Both the position numbers and the translations under genes were made by a program. Below, piece by piece: positions 11,287 through 24,700 of a stretch of DNA of 64,000 bases; position 1 is the first letter of the stretch, and the number at the start of each line of letters is the position of its first letter. Origin of the DNA: Selaginella moellendorffii (lineage: Eukaryota; Plantae; Lycopodiophyta); assembly GCF_000143415.4 (NCBI RefSeq), contig NW_003314265.1, positions 3,468,443 to 3,532,442 of the forward strand. Reading direction: 5' to 3'. The notes beneath the pieces are model-generated. The model saw only the letters and a program-made list of their open reading frames with translations, was not told where the DNA came from and searched no databases.

Positions 11287-14262
11287 TCACAGTACTTGTT
11301 GCTGATAAGCTTGAGGGTACCCAGCGTAGCTTTGTGCCGTTTGCGGCTGCTGGGGATAGCTGCTATAGTTATAGTCCGTAGCCTGCGAAGAGTTTCTATG
11401 ATTTGTAAGAAGCGTGACAATGAAACCAAAACGTTCTTACCGGGTATGCTTGGCTCCATTGTTGTTGAGGTTGCTGCCAGTTTTGGTAGCTCCACTGCGC
11501 TTGTCCATTGGTATAACCAGCGACGGCGTTGGAACCGGTCTTGACGAGCTTGCTCCGATCAGAGACGGCGCTGTCCAGTGACGAGCGCTTCTTGGAATCG
11601 CTGGACCTCGAGTACAAGAATGCCTGTCGATGCCGCAGCTCAGCCCTCTTACAGTCTTCTACAGTCCCATAAGAATCCAGAAACTGCCGCAAAAACCATA
11701 CTACAAATGTGAGTGCTTACGATAAAGGAGTAAGAAGTCACAACCTCAAGAAATAAACTCGATATCTCCTCACGATCAGATGATTGCAAAGCAGCGTCCG
11801 AGCCGCTGCTGAGTATAGCACGTTCAATGATAGCCTCGAGTTTTGGTATGTCCTTCTCGGGAGAGAGTGTCTCAAAATGGATCGCAGCCTGTAAAGAGAT
11901 TTCAGCGAGTATACCAAATGAGAAGAAAAAGAAAAGGAGAAAGAAACTTACCTCCAAGATAACTTTGGAGTTCGGTAGTTTCTCCAATGCAAGGGCCAAG
12001 ATCTCCTTCGATTTATCTGAGAGTCCGGCCTAGAACACACACTGTCAGAAAGGAAAGCATCAGAAGTTCTCACCTCAGAAAGGAACCGGATATATTGAAT
12101 ATACAAGAAAGACAAAACTCTCGATTCCTCCTTCGCTTTTTCCACTTCCAAAGCAGATTCATAGATGGCACAAGCGCCGTCAATATTCCCCTAGATTACA
12201 AAAATACGCTTAGCATCGTATGAAAAATGGGACAAATCCATGTACCTGTCTTTTCTCAAAATTTGCGTGCTTAGAAATAACCTCAAGAAGCCCGGGAGCT
12301 ATTTCAGAGCTGAGAACGCTATACTCTTTTCGAGCGCCTGCAGCATCTCCCCTGCGTTCTTTAAATCTAGCAGCGTAGATATGTATCTCGGGTCGTCTCT
12401 GCAATACAGAAGATGTCAGAAAAGAACGTAGAACTCTTCGATAAACCTTGACAAAAATGTGTAGTGCGCGATCCAAAGCATCATCAGCTATCTCAGATCG
12501 AGATTTTGCTTCCATTGTATGAATATAGCGAATCCAATACTCCGGATAATTTGCACAGGCGATCACACATCTCTCGTATGCCTTCACTATCTGCAATTAA
12601 AATACATTAGTTTCAGCGTCAAGTAGGGAAAAGACTGCATTACCTTGTCAAAGTCACCTTCTTTTTCCAGAAAATCCAAATAGCGATGCCAGTTGAGTAG
12701 TTGCAAGTCATCTAGAGGCTTGACATGAAAATACGGCCTTCTTATAGCGGTTTCATACTCTCGAATTTTTGCATCCCACTCCTTCGTCGATTTATATAGC
12801 TCCTCTCTTCTTCTAATAAACCTTTCAACTTCTGGATCCTTTGGGGCTTCTGCAGTTTCATCAGCTCCTGCTTTATCTATTTGCTCGGGAACAGTATTAT
12901 CGGCTTCTGCGCTATCTTCAGGACCTTTCAGTTCCGCTATGGGTCGATTGTTGGCTAACTCCTTGAAGCTGAAAGAAAACATTAGCATGCAAACTGTTTT
13001 AAGGATTTTCTTACTGTGAGAAGTAGCGATCCAAAGCTTGAAGGGCTATCTGTAAAATCCGTGTATACAACTGAGTGATGCCTACCCAGTTCGAATGAGA
13101 ATACTCAAAATCAATGTACTTGTCCCAAAGCTGATGCGCCAGGTAGTCGGTGCCGACGTGCGAGAGTCCACGCTCAAACAACCTGAAAAAAAATTAAAAA
13201 ATGAAAAAGATAGTTGTTATCCCATCGAAGTTGATAAAGGAAGAAAAAAAAACGTAAACGTAGCATGAGCCTGACCCCATCAAAGAAGGCATATCTTCCA
13301 GCAGAAGGCAGGGACCTTGCTCTTAAACAGCTAAAGTTACCTTCCTACAACACCAGTGGTGTTCACCGCGATTGCCGACGGCACCAGTTTGAAGGTATGT
13401 TGCCAAGAAGCAAAGAGAAAAGCAACCAGCCCACTAAGAACATGAGAAAAACGAAAAGACTGAATGCGAGGACGAACTAAAAAAGGAAAACCATGCTCAA
13501 ACCGTTTCGCCAACCTTCCCTCTGGAGAAAAACATTTAAAGTAGGATGAAAGCTGCAGAAATACCAGCCAACGGTTAGAAAGAAACAAAGAAGCTAGACA
13601 GCTCAGGGATTGACAAAGCGAAACACTGCCCAGTCAGGATAAAGAAAAATGCCACCGGCGTGCTAAAGTTTACCTCCTCAGCGCTTCTGGATCTTCGGGC
13701 TTGGCCGCCGAAACAAAGGAGCAGTAGTGCACCCATATGTCGACTGAGTGCGTCACGGCTTTCACAGCCCTCTCGTAAACCTCGATGGTCTTCTCGGGCG
13801 TTGCCAGCCGGTTCTCATGGTCCGCGTATTTTTTCCAGTAGCCATAGCACAGAGGAAACTCGGCCAGGAACGTATCATAGCACTGGCGAAACTTGACTAT
13901 ATCATCCTGGAAGAGAAAAGAAGAAACGAAAGCTTTAGAATTGAGAGACTCAAGAACTCCAAAAAAAGAAAAAAAAAAAAAAACGCACGAGCTTCTCAGT
14001 CTCTTGAATCAGCTGCGTCCATGAATTAAAGTCCGCTGGATTGGCATTCACGATGCCCCACAGCCTCTCTTCCTCGTTGCTTGGAGCTGGAAAAACCAAT
14101 CCTCTCAGGCTAAAAGCTCTAAAAAAACCTGGAACACATACCTAGGACTTCCTCGCCGTTTTGATCCACAGCCACGCTCCGGTGATCATACTCCACGGCC
14201 TTGTCAGCGGCCGCGGCGCCATAATCCTGCATTCGAGTCCCAGCGTACTCCTGACCATCCAT
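11287..14262 (-). CDS. PRP39: Pre-mRNA processing factor 39 (U1 snRNP HAT-repeat protein)
   Basis: Exons encode '[19 protein letters not shown]', '[27 protein letters not shown]', '[18 protein letters not shown]' and a Q/Y-rich C-terminal tail. Ends are approximate. Confidence 0.92.
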
Positions 14263-14465
14263 AGCCGAGCTTCTAGACGTAAGAACAAGCGAGCTCAATC
14301 AAGCGCGGCTAGGAATTCTCTCCAGAACTAGGACTCGCAGAAATCCACGCAATACCTGGAAATCCTAGAGCGCGCCGCCCGTCCCCAATGCTCTCATGCA
14401 GCGATTGCTCGATCCCAAACGCATAGCATTTTTATTTCTAGGGTTTGTTGGGCAGAAACGAAATG

Positions 14466-14668
14466 AACCGTTGGATTGCGATAACCATCCATAAGATTGA
14501 AGCAATCCCAACCGTTGGAATTTGACACCCAGTGTCGTCTACTACTAGTTCTGCTGTGACTGCTTCGTCTCTCTCCCCACCTTCCTGAGACACAGGAGAG
14601 AAACTGAGATGGAACAAAGATCCAGAGAGGGAGGAACGAAGTAAAAGAGAGAAATCACTAACCAGAGG
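14466..14668. repeat. Copy 1 of a ~200-bp dispersed direct repeat, upstream of PRP39
   Basis: Highly similar to 18198-18424 ('ccgttggattgc...cccaaccgttggaatttgacacccag...ttcctgagacacaggagagaaactgagatggaacaaagatccagagagg...aatcactaaccagagg'). Confidence 0.9.
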
Positions 14669-15089
14669 CCGATGGTTGGGCCGACGATACTCTGGTTTGG
14701 GAGTGGCTGGCCAGCAACGAGTCCAGGATCACTAACCAGAGCAGCTGAGAGTGCAGAAAGTTTGGAGGCAGATGCTCAGTGATTGTCAAAATCGAGACGA
14801 CAATCTCGAGGTGCTGCCACAAGTTATACAGAACCTTGTCGATCAGGTAAGTTTTGTCTACTGGTTAGCTCAGTGCAGCTCTGATCTCCTCTTCATCTTG
14901 CTTGTGTCAAATGGATCCTACCGCTAGGAAAGCAAATTAAAGCAGCACTACTGTAAAACGTACTGCTGTTATTCGTTTTCTGAGTTATGCCGCCAGCAAC
15001 TACCTCCATTCTGATCACCTAAGGAATTGTTTAGTTCACATTCAAATAAAAGAAAAAATAACTTCACCTCAGTTCTCAAGCGTCCAGGC

Positions 15090-18000
15090 TTATGAGCATA
15101 AGTCCAAGCTTTGTTCCACGCTCTTGCTCTTAGTGGGGGCCGAGCACAGGTAATGGAGAAGGTAGTCGTTTTTGGAAGCGGCTGTTGCAAGTTGTTCCTG
15201 CAAGCTGGCAATGGATTTAAGCAGGGACTTGAGAGCAGGCATGAGTTCCCTGTTCTTCGACTGGATTGTTCTGCCATGCACAGTGCAAAGTTCCTGGAAC
15301 AAATCCAACTTAGCACTGAAAACTGGACTCCTAACTTGATACATACCAGGCACCATCTAAGTAAGAACTCCAAATGAGGTGTCTTCTCCAGGTACTGCGC
15401 AAGTGCATCAATGAGTGTTCCAAGGTACGAAAGTGAGACGTTCGAGACAACATCACTAATCGCAGAGATATCTACGGCCTCGACGCATTTTTGAATCAAC
15501 AGTGGCTCGTTCAGCCGGAGTGCTAACAACAATGCTCGTGAATAGCGCTTGCTTTCCAGTGCATCGTTGATTGCCTACACAAAAAGGCAACAACAAAAAA
15601 GCTTCACCCAGTGAGCTCCTAAACAACAATTGTACCTCCGGTGTGACATCCATATCGAGATCGGTGGGATCAAAGACAAGGTTGTCCATTGAGTAGATGA
15701 GCAGGCCTTCCGTTGTTGCAGCTGCCCAAGATCTGCCAGTTGGAGAGATTCTGAGACACTTGGTGCGTATAATTGGCCTCGCAGCATTGGTCTGTGCCCC
15801 TGGTAGTCCCTGCCCCAACTTGCCTCTAACTTGACCATCAACACCGGCCTCGTTGTCGCTGTCATAGTCATCGATCAGATCTATAGGACCTGCTGCAGTC
15901 ATTCTCTTCGAGTTTAGAAAGTCGAGAACACCATCCAACGAATAGTTGTGAGATATCTGAAACCTTCGTAGCAAAACCTGCACAGACGATATGTCGTAAG
16001 CATGAAAGCCAAGCGAGCTTGTGAGTGATAAATACCTGGTCCGCGACGTCGTACATGCAAATGTACTTGCTGGTTCCTCCAGCAAGCAGTAGGCTCCCGT
16101 CGGCTGAGTAAGACATGGTCGTAAAGCATTTCCCCGAGCTCGAGTTAGCGGCCGTTCTTCTGTCGCTCATCAATCTCCCTCCTGCAACATCACGCCTGCC
16201 TTCTATCGTACCCATAAGCAAGCCGTCAATCGGGTCCCAGAAGTGGATCTGACCATCAAGTGTTGAGCAGGCCAGTTGCTTTCCGTCCGGACGGTAAACC
16301 ACGGTGAGCACGTCATGCGTATGAGTGAAGGTTTCAACCCCACCCTTGCCTTCAAACACATCCCACAAGCGCACGGTTTTGTCCCATGACGAGGAAGCCA
16401 AGAATTCCTGTCAAGACGTGTTAGAAAGTGGAAAGCATTGTCGCGTAGGAGTACGCACGTCTGTAGGAGAAAAGGCCAAACCATGAACCGGTCCCTCGTG
16501 ACCACTGAGGACGTCCACTAGCCGCGCTGTTTTCATGGACCAAACGTATATCTAGCAAGAGCAGTAAAGAAATGAATCGAGAAAAAGGAAAGCGAGAAGA
16601 TACCTGGAATGTGTCGAGCGTCCCAGCACAGATAATCTCTCCACTTTGGTCTGCAGCCAATGACACAAACTGCGTGGGTGCTGGCGTGGTGAAGGTCCGG
16701 AAGTTTCGATAGCGCATCAGATCCCATGCACGTACAGTGCCATCGAGAGATGCGCTCAGCACGGCATTACTTCCGGCCAAGAACAACACTGCGGTCACTG
16801 CATTTGTGTGCTCGGCAAAAGTGACGAAACAGAATCCAGACGCAGCATTCCACAACTGCAACACACCACAAAGGCATAAGCGACGGCGCAAGAAGAGACT
16901 GATCACATCACAACCAGACCTTTACTTTGTTGTCATCAGCGCCGGTGGCAATCAGCTGCGAATCCGGTGAATATGCAACACAGTTGACGTCGAAGTAGTG
17001 ACCTTGCTGCTTGAGTATATAAGTCTCTGAGCGCCAGTCCCACACCAGTAGCTGGCCCAGTTTTGCACAGCCGAAAGCTACCCAGTTTCCGGTCCTGTTG
17101 AACACTGCGGTGGTTATCTTCTCTTTGGAGATGGATAGCAGATGTATGCACGTAAAGTCGGGCATCTGGTAGATCCCAAACACTCCAGATGAGAACCCGG
17201 CAACCACGATGTTGAGGCCACTGTGGTAGTCGCACGCCGAGAGCCTTCCATGCTGGTGGAACAAGCGCTTCTTCACGAGCTCCCACTGGCCTTTATCGGG
17301 ACGTAGAACAGGTAGCTTTCCCTCCTCCTTTCGAACAAGGCCATCGGATTCTTCCAAGCCCTCCTCCTCGAGAGCTGATTGGTAAACGTGTGAAACCGAG
17401 GAGTCAAGTGATCCAAGCAAATACCTTGCAAAGCTACGTCCTCCTTCTGGCGCTTCCTCGACTTTCCTTGATCGTCAGCGCCATCGAGCGCGGGAGCTGG
17501 CAGCTCTTGAGCCGGGTGGAACACCCAGTGACACAGCGCGCCATCCTTGGAGAAACTATAAGCGCCAATCCCGCCCTCGGTGCTCTCGGTGAAGAAGACG
17601 CCATTGACAACGTTGCGGTGCGCAGAGAGTACGACCGGCCTGTTGCTCTGAAGCGTGAAGATCCTCACCGCGAAGTCCTTGCAGCCGCAGATGATCCAAT
17701 TGCCGTCGGGGCTCCAGCCGAGGCAAGTGATCGTGTCGTGGCTGCTGGAGAAAGTGTGGAGCAGCTGGAACGCCATGAACTCCTTGCGGCACCCGGGCGT
17801 CCTCCACACCTGGAGCAGCCTGCCCATGGCCACGGCGAAGAGCGATCCATCGGGGCTAAATCCGAGCGCCGTGACGGGCGCCTTGAAGGACATCCGGTGG
17901 AGGAGAATGCGGCGCGCAAGGCTGACGAGAATGCAGCGGCCGCTGGCGTCGATGGAGAGCAGCAGCGCGCCATTGGGGGAGACGGCAACCCTAGACACAT

Positions 18001-18166
18001 CGCCGCCATTCTCCACAGGCAGCGTCCAGCACTCGGATTTGCGCAGCTCCGTGACAGAGATGCGATTGCCTACTGGCGACACCAGCGCGGCGCTCCCACC
18101 GGCAAAGGCGACATTGCCCCCACGATATGGGGCGCCCACGAGATTGCTAAACCTGTAAGCGTTCAT
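15090..18166 (-). CDS. PWP2: Periodic tryptophan protein 2 (UTP1, WD40, SSU processome)
   Basis: Exons encode 'YRFSNLVGAPYRGGN', 'LGQLLVWDWRSETYILKQQGH', 'AWDLMRYRNFRTFTTP', 'SPTGRSWAAATTEGLLIYS' and a Utp12-type C-terminus 'PHLEFLLRWC'. Confidence 0.96.
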
Positions 18167-18172
18167 CGGTAT

Positions 18173-18182
18173 AAACCCTAAA
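18173..18182. promoter_or_regulatory. Telo-box (AAACCCTA) just upstream of PWP2; similar boxes at ~11028, 14438, 21675, 54255 and 60232
   Basis: AAACCCTA or TAGGGTTT motifs lie close to the start codons of housekeeping and RNA-metabolism genes, as is typical of plant telo-boxes. Confidence 0.65.
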
Positions 18183-18197
18183 TCTTAGTCCCAGTTA

Positions 18198-18424
18198 AAC
18201 CGTTGGATTGCAATAACTATCCATAAGATTAAAGAAAATCCCAACCGTTGGAATTTGACACCCAGCGTTCGTCTACTAACTCTCGTGACTATCGGCGCTC
18301 CTAGTTCTGCTGTGACTACTTCGTCTCCCTCTCCACCTTCCTGAGACACAGGAGAGAAACTGAGATGGAACAAAGATCCAGAGAGGCAGAAACGTAGTCA
18401 AAGAGAGAAATCACTAACCAGAGG
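18198..18424. repeat. Copy 2 of the ~200-bp direct repeat, upstream of PWP2 and 3' of XRN
   Basis: See copy 1. This copy has an extra ~24-bp segment ('actctcgtgactatcggcgctc'). Confidence 0.9.
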
Positions 18425-18482
18425 GACTACCGTGTTCGCGGTATGGATCGGAGCTTCCGCTCGAGGTGCTGCAAACAATCTG

Positions 18483-21400
18483 TCAGGATTTGTGTTTTCT
18501 TAAATCCTTCCCGAACCTTCTTTGTCGCCCGCGATGAGAATGCCTTCGAAAGTCTCGATCAACAATGCTCTGTAAAGGCAAGTAGAAAGGTTTGCTTTGG
18601 TTCTGGATGTGATCACGTCAAAGGTTACCTTTGCAGGGAGTATAACCCCGTCGGGAAGGCTTGGAATATGAGGATGATTTGAGGGGCATATGTAGTTTAC
18701 GCAGCTGTTGAGAATTATATGGAATTTCGTTTAGCTCCCTGGCAGTAAAAGCTTGCACTTTCACTTACAGAACGTTGTGTGGTACAGCAGCTCCTCGATT
18801 CAAAGTGAGGAATCCATTTAAGCCTTCGCTGGAATCATCCACGACCACGATTTTGAAATGAGCACGTCAATTTCCTTCATAGGTACCTGATTATTGGATT
18901 TATTGCGCAGATTCCCTCCGTGTCCTCGACGCAAGCGTATATGTATGTAGCAAGAGGTTGGTGACAGCAGAGGAACAATAACTCCTGGTCTATGCTGTTT
19001 CTTTTGATCTCTGACGCCTGTGACAGCGAATATGAGAACAAACGCTACATATCGAAGTCCAGAGAACTCACCGAAAGCGTCCCTTCTAGCTTTCTCGTTT
19101 CTACAAGAAGACGCTCTACGTTGATGAATGGTAGTTTTACAACACCCTGCAAAAGTAAGAGCTCAACCAGATGCAAAACTGTAATGAGATCGTTGTCATA
19201 CCTGCCATGGGTATTGTTTTCCGTTCATATCAACAACAAATTCTGCACATAGTAATTGCAGATCAGGTGAAATCGTTAAGTTCATAGTCTGCTTTACCTT
19301 CAGGATAAAAATCTATCAAAGGTGACGCTGGATTTGTCATCAACAACCGGTAATACTCAGGTAAAGCCCATGCACTGTATCCGAGGAAACAACGAAGCAT
19401 AAAGCAGTAAGCTAGAAATAAGATGTTACCTTGATGCGGGTAAAACGCCCATAAGCATATCAAAAGGTTTCAATGGCTTGCCAGCCTCAAAACAGACTTC
19501 TATAGCACCAAGTCCTGCTAAATCCGATGCAAAAGGAGCATAATGGTAGGGGTAGTACCTGCACGTCGTCACCATCATTTTACTTGCATGTTAGAAAATG
19601 GCAAAGGAATTACGTACAAGCATGAGAACGATTCGACTTTTGCTACACTTCCAACACAGGATTAAAAATCACCATTGCCACGAGCTCACTCCTCTGTAAT
19701 AATAATGCAATATCCAGCATAATCCCTCGGTGTACTTTTGCGCCTGAACACGGAAAGCGCAAAATGAGAGTTCTCTAAGATACTACTAAAACTGTCTTAC
19801 TACCAGGCCCTTTTTAAGCTCCTCAGAGTACTCAGAGCCAAACTTCTCTTCGTAGTACGTTGCCTTCCAGCTCTGCAAATGACGAGTTTAGTTTTTAATG
19901 AATAAAACCTTTGGATGCATACACTTACAGCTAAGTCCGCAGGACAAGTGACGCTTGAAACGTTCTTCTTCTCGTCAAGCGGGAAAAATGTTGGACAACC
20001 CCGAGATTATAATTGAAAAAAAAAACCATTACTTTCTGAAACTGCTTTTGGATTATACCGTCCTCAATCTGGCCGAGCATCTCAAGAAAGTACTCAAGGC
20101 TTCTCAAGTTCACCTGAAATTTTTATCGCTTTCAATACAACTTAAATAGAGAACGAACAGGCACTCACCTCGCCATTTTCCGTCAAATACCCGTTCATAT
20201 TAGTGAATTCTCGCTTGTAAACACTTAAAAGCATGCCGATTGCTCCCTGACAGATTTGTAAAGTAGCAAGTAAGAAAAATTTCTAATTTCAGACGAGAAA
20301 ACCACTTACTTGTCGAATGTCTAGTGTTGGTAAACCCGGAAGAAAATCGTTGCCAACAAAAAAACAAATGAAAACAAAATCGTCCACTATGCGCTCAAAA
20401 TCTGCATCTGCTATCTTGAGTTCAAGTTCCAAATACTCTCGAAGGAGCCAAATGTGAAGGAACTGTGCAGAACAAATGAACACAACGCCGCAAAGTACAG
20501 TGCTTACTTGATACGAAACATCTTCCGTCTCTTCAAGTGTACTTTTCTGTGTTCCATCACAATGTTTAGCAATATGTCCAACTTCGCCACAGAGGTAGCA
20601 CTTTCTAGGACATGGCACCTTAAAATCGAGTATCAGAAGAGATTAGACGTTTAGCTAAAGTGTACCTCGCGTAAAATAGAGAAGTGCACTTCATGTGTAG
20701 CAAGCGCTAGCATAATCAAGTCAGCGTCCTAAAAGGCCCCAGCGACAGATACTTAGAAACTCTAAAAGAAGCACGGCATAAAATCCATTCTCGCAAAGAC
20801 GATACCAGGCCATAGAGGCAGTGCCGAGTGTTTGGGTCGAAGCCAGGAAGATTTCTTTGCATGCGAATGAAATTAAATATTTTATGTTCGCCTTCACCCG
20901 GAACATTAGCATCGGATAATATAACCTGTAGAAAGACAAAATATTAAAAACTAGAAAAGGGAAAAGAAGAAAAATAACTTACTTTCATCCTTTGCCAACC
21001 AGGACTTTCGCTTAAACGCAGTTGCACATATTGACTCAATGCATCAGAAAGTAAAGCCATGAATTCCGTCCCAGGTGTGATAACATTCGAATCTGACGTT
21101 TCTCCTCTCTTCTGGACCTGGAAATGGTAACAGCTGAGCTCCAACAAATGAAACAGGAAACACAAAAACTTCTTACCTCAAGAGCTTCTTTTGCAGCTCT
21201 AAACCGCCTCGATCGTTGTTGATTCATCTTAGCCCGCGGAGCAACACCATCTAAAAGTTTTATTTTTCCATCAATGAACAAACCAGAAAAGGAGAATACA
21301 AAAAGGAAAGAAACCGATACCAATTGCCATGTACAAAAGTTTCCTGGGCCGAACGATTGCGACAAGACGATCGATGCACTGGAAAATGCAATGGAACACT

Positions 21401-21648
21401 TCATCATACGACAAAGGAGCTGGCTGCGCTCGCAAGAAAGAGTTGAAATAATCCACTAGCTACAATCAATTCATCATCCTTACCTTGCCTTCTGGATGAA
21501 AACACAAATGCACGATCCCATTCATGTCAAGATAGAAATTGTCATACTCCAATCCGCCAGAAAGGGCCGCCAAATCATCCTCCACAGCATCGGCAACGAT
21601 CAAGGGATAGCGCCGCGTGAGCCAGCGATATAATGCGGGCACTCCCAT
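18483..21648 (-). CDS. XRN: 5'-3' exoribonuclease of the plant XRN2/3/4 (Rat1-type) family, compact, many short exons
   Basis: '[13 protein letters not shown]', 'LDMNGIVH', '[19 protein letters not shown]', '[12 protein letters not shown]', 'PGEGEHKI', 'GLDADLIML', zinc knuckle '[14 protein letters not shown]', 'VGNDFLP', 'PLIDFYP', '[14 protein letters not shown]'. The 3' end is uncertain. Confidence 0.92.
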
Positions 21649-21750
21649 CGATCGATCCGATCGATCCCTCCTTAAAACCCTAAAATATCTTTCTCAAGCG
21701 GCAAAAAGGAGCAAACGACGAATGGCATATTCTCCTTGCCAGGGCAGAAT

Positions 21751-24700
21751 ATGCTCCTCTTGCTCTTGGCGAGCAAACGAGCAGCAGCGTCGTCACAGCT
21801 CCAGCGCCGGGGTCTCCATTCCCTCGCAGCGTTCGCGGGATCGAGCGAGGATGATCCCGAGAGGATCTCCAGCAAGAGCTACGCCCGCAAATTCGCCGAC
21901 CTCGACGGCGTGTCGCGAGCCCTAAGCGCGGGCGCATCCTACAGCTCTCTCCTTCAAGAATGCGGCCATCGCCGATCGCTCGCCCAGGGTAAGCTCGTCC
22001 ACTCCCACATCCTCGAGCAGCGCCGGATGCACATCTACGTCGAGAATCTGCTCGTCCAGATGTATGGCAAATGCGGCAGCGTCGCCGATGCTCTCGCGGT
22101 TTTCCACGCGATTGAGCATCCAAACTCGGTCTCCTGGACGCTCATCGTCGCGGCATTTGCCCGGAATGGGCATTACCGGGAGGCGCTTGGCTACTACCGG
22201 AGGATGGTGCTGGAAGGATTGAGGCCGGATGGAGCGATGTTTGTGGTGGCGATCGGGGTGTGCTCCAGCTCCAAAGATCTCAAGCAAGGCCAGCTCCTCC
22301 ACGCGATGATCCTCGAGACCCAGCTGCTGGAGTTTGATATCATCCTCGGCACCGCGCTCATCACCATGTATGCCAGGTGCCGGGATCTCGAGCTCGCCCG
22401 GAAGACCTTCGATGAGATGGGAAAGAAAACTTTGGTCACCTGGAACGCACTGATCGCTGGCTACTCGCGAAACGGGGATCACAGGGGCGCTCTCAAGATC
22501 TACCAGGACATGGTTTCCAAGTCTGTCAAGCCGGACAAGCCAACTTTCCTGGCTGTTCTCGACGCTTGCTCGAAGCTTGGATCCCTTTCGGAGTTGCGGA
22601 TGCTTCATCTCGACATACTCGAGCAAAAGATGGCGGCCGACTTGATCATCGGGACTACTCTCGTCAGCGCCTATGGGAAGTGCCGGAGCCTCAAGGATGC
22701 CGAGGCGGCCTTCAGCTCGCTCGCCACGAAGAACGTCGTGTCGTGGAACGCGATGATCTCGGCCTACTGCCACAATGGCCGTCCCGAGAAATCGCTCGAG
22801 CTCTTCCACGAGATGGAGCCGCAAGAGGTGAAGCGGGACGCTACCACTTTCATGTCCGTGCTCGAAGCTTGCGCCGCCATGAAGTCGCTCCAGCAGGGAA
22901 GGCTCGTCCACGCAGCGCTCGAGGGCAGCGGCTTTGATCTAAACTCTTTCGTCGCCGGCACGGTGGTGAACATGTACGCGAAGTGTGGGAGCTTGCAAGA
23001 CGCCCGCCGAGCGTTCGACAAGATGGCGACCAAGACGACGTGTGCATGGACAACGATGATCACGGCCTATGCACAGCTCGGGTCTCCCAGGAAAGCTCTC
23101 GAGCTATACCACGCCATGGAGCCCGAAGGAATGAAGCCGGATGCAATCACCTTCTCCAGTGCTTTGTACGCGTGCTCGGTCGTCGGAGACATCTCTCAAG
23201 GCAGGGAAATCGAGGCTCGCACGGTAGCAAGCGGCTATGCCTCGGACTCGATTGTCCAGAATGCGCTCATCAACATGTACTCCAAGTGTGGAAGCTTGGA
23301 GTCGGCCAGGAAAGTTTTCGATCGGCTCAAGAACAGGGACGTGATAGCCTGGAACACGATGATCTCCGGGTATGCCAAGCAGGGTGCCGCTACACAGGCT
23401 CTCGAGCTTTTCCAACGGATGGGACCGAACGATCCAAAGCCAAACGTGGTGACTTTCATTGGCCTCCTCACGGCTTGCACCAACTTGGAGGACTTGGAGC
23501 AGGGAAGAGCCATCCACAGGAAAGTGAAAGAGCACGGCTACGAGTCGGACTTGGTGATCGGCAACGTCCTTCTCAACATGTATACCAAGTGTAGCAGCAG
23601 CTTGGAGGAGGCAAGGCAGGTCTTTGAGAGATTGCGTACGAGGGACGTGATAACTTGGAACATACTGATCGTGGCATACGTGCAGTATGGACAGGCCAAG
23701 GACGCTCTCGACATCTTCAAGCAAATGCAGCTAGAAAACGTCGCTCCAAACGAGATCACGCTCAGCAACGTCCTCAGCGCCTGTGCTGTTCTCGGTGCCA
23801 AGCGTCAAGGCAAGGCAGTCCACGCGCTCATCGCTTCCGGAAGGTGCAAGGCCGACGTCGTCCTGGAGAACTCGCTCATGAACATGTATAACCGGTGCGG
23901 CAGCCTCGACGATACAGTGGGGGTCTTCGCGGCTATTCGTGACAAGAGCTTGGTATCCTGGAGCACTCTCATTGCCGCCTATGCTCAGCACGGTCACTCG
24001 AGGACGGGGCTGGAGCACTTCTGGGAGCTCTTACAGGAAGGCTTGGCAGCCGACGACGTGACTATGGTGAGCACTCTCTCGGCCTGCAGCCATGGAGGGA
24101 TGCTCAAGGAAGGCGTCCAGAGTTTCCTCTCCATGGTCGGGGACCACGGCCTCGCTCCAGACTACCGGCACTTTCTCTGCATGGTGGACCTCCTGAGCCG
24201 AGCAGGGAGGCTGGAGGCCGCCGAGAACCTCATCCACGACATGCCGTTCTTGCCGGACGCGGTTGCCTGGACGAGCCTACTAAGCGGCTGCAAGCTCCAC
24301 AACGACACGAAGCGAGCGGCTCGAGTAGCGGACAAGCTCTTCGAGCTGGAGTCGGAGGACGAGCACTCGACCGTGACGCTTCTGTCCAACGTTTACGCGG
24401 AGGCTGGGAGATGGGACGACGTTCGAAAGACGAGGAACCGGAGAGCCGCTAGGAAGAACCCAGGCTGCAGTTATATCGAGATCAACGACACGGTGCACGA
24501 GTTTGTGGCCGGGGACAAGTCTCATCCCGAGGAGGAGCTCATCGCCGCGGAGATAAAGAGGCTGAGCAAGCAGATGAAGGACGCTGGCTACGTCCCCGAT
24601 ATGAGGATGGTACTGCACAACGTCAAGGAGGAAGAGAAGGAGCAAATGCTGTGCTACCACAGCGAGAAGCTGGCGATTGCTTACGGCTTGATATCCACAC

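Noticed and set aside
18185-18373. ORF in repeat copy 2 as the terminal XRN exon
   Set aside because: Needs a 37-nt intron and would end 19 bp from the PWP2 ATG; an in-frame stop at 18483 is simpler.
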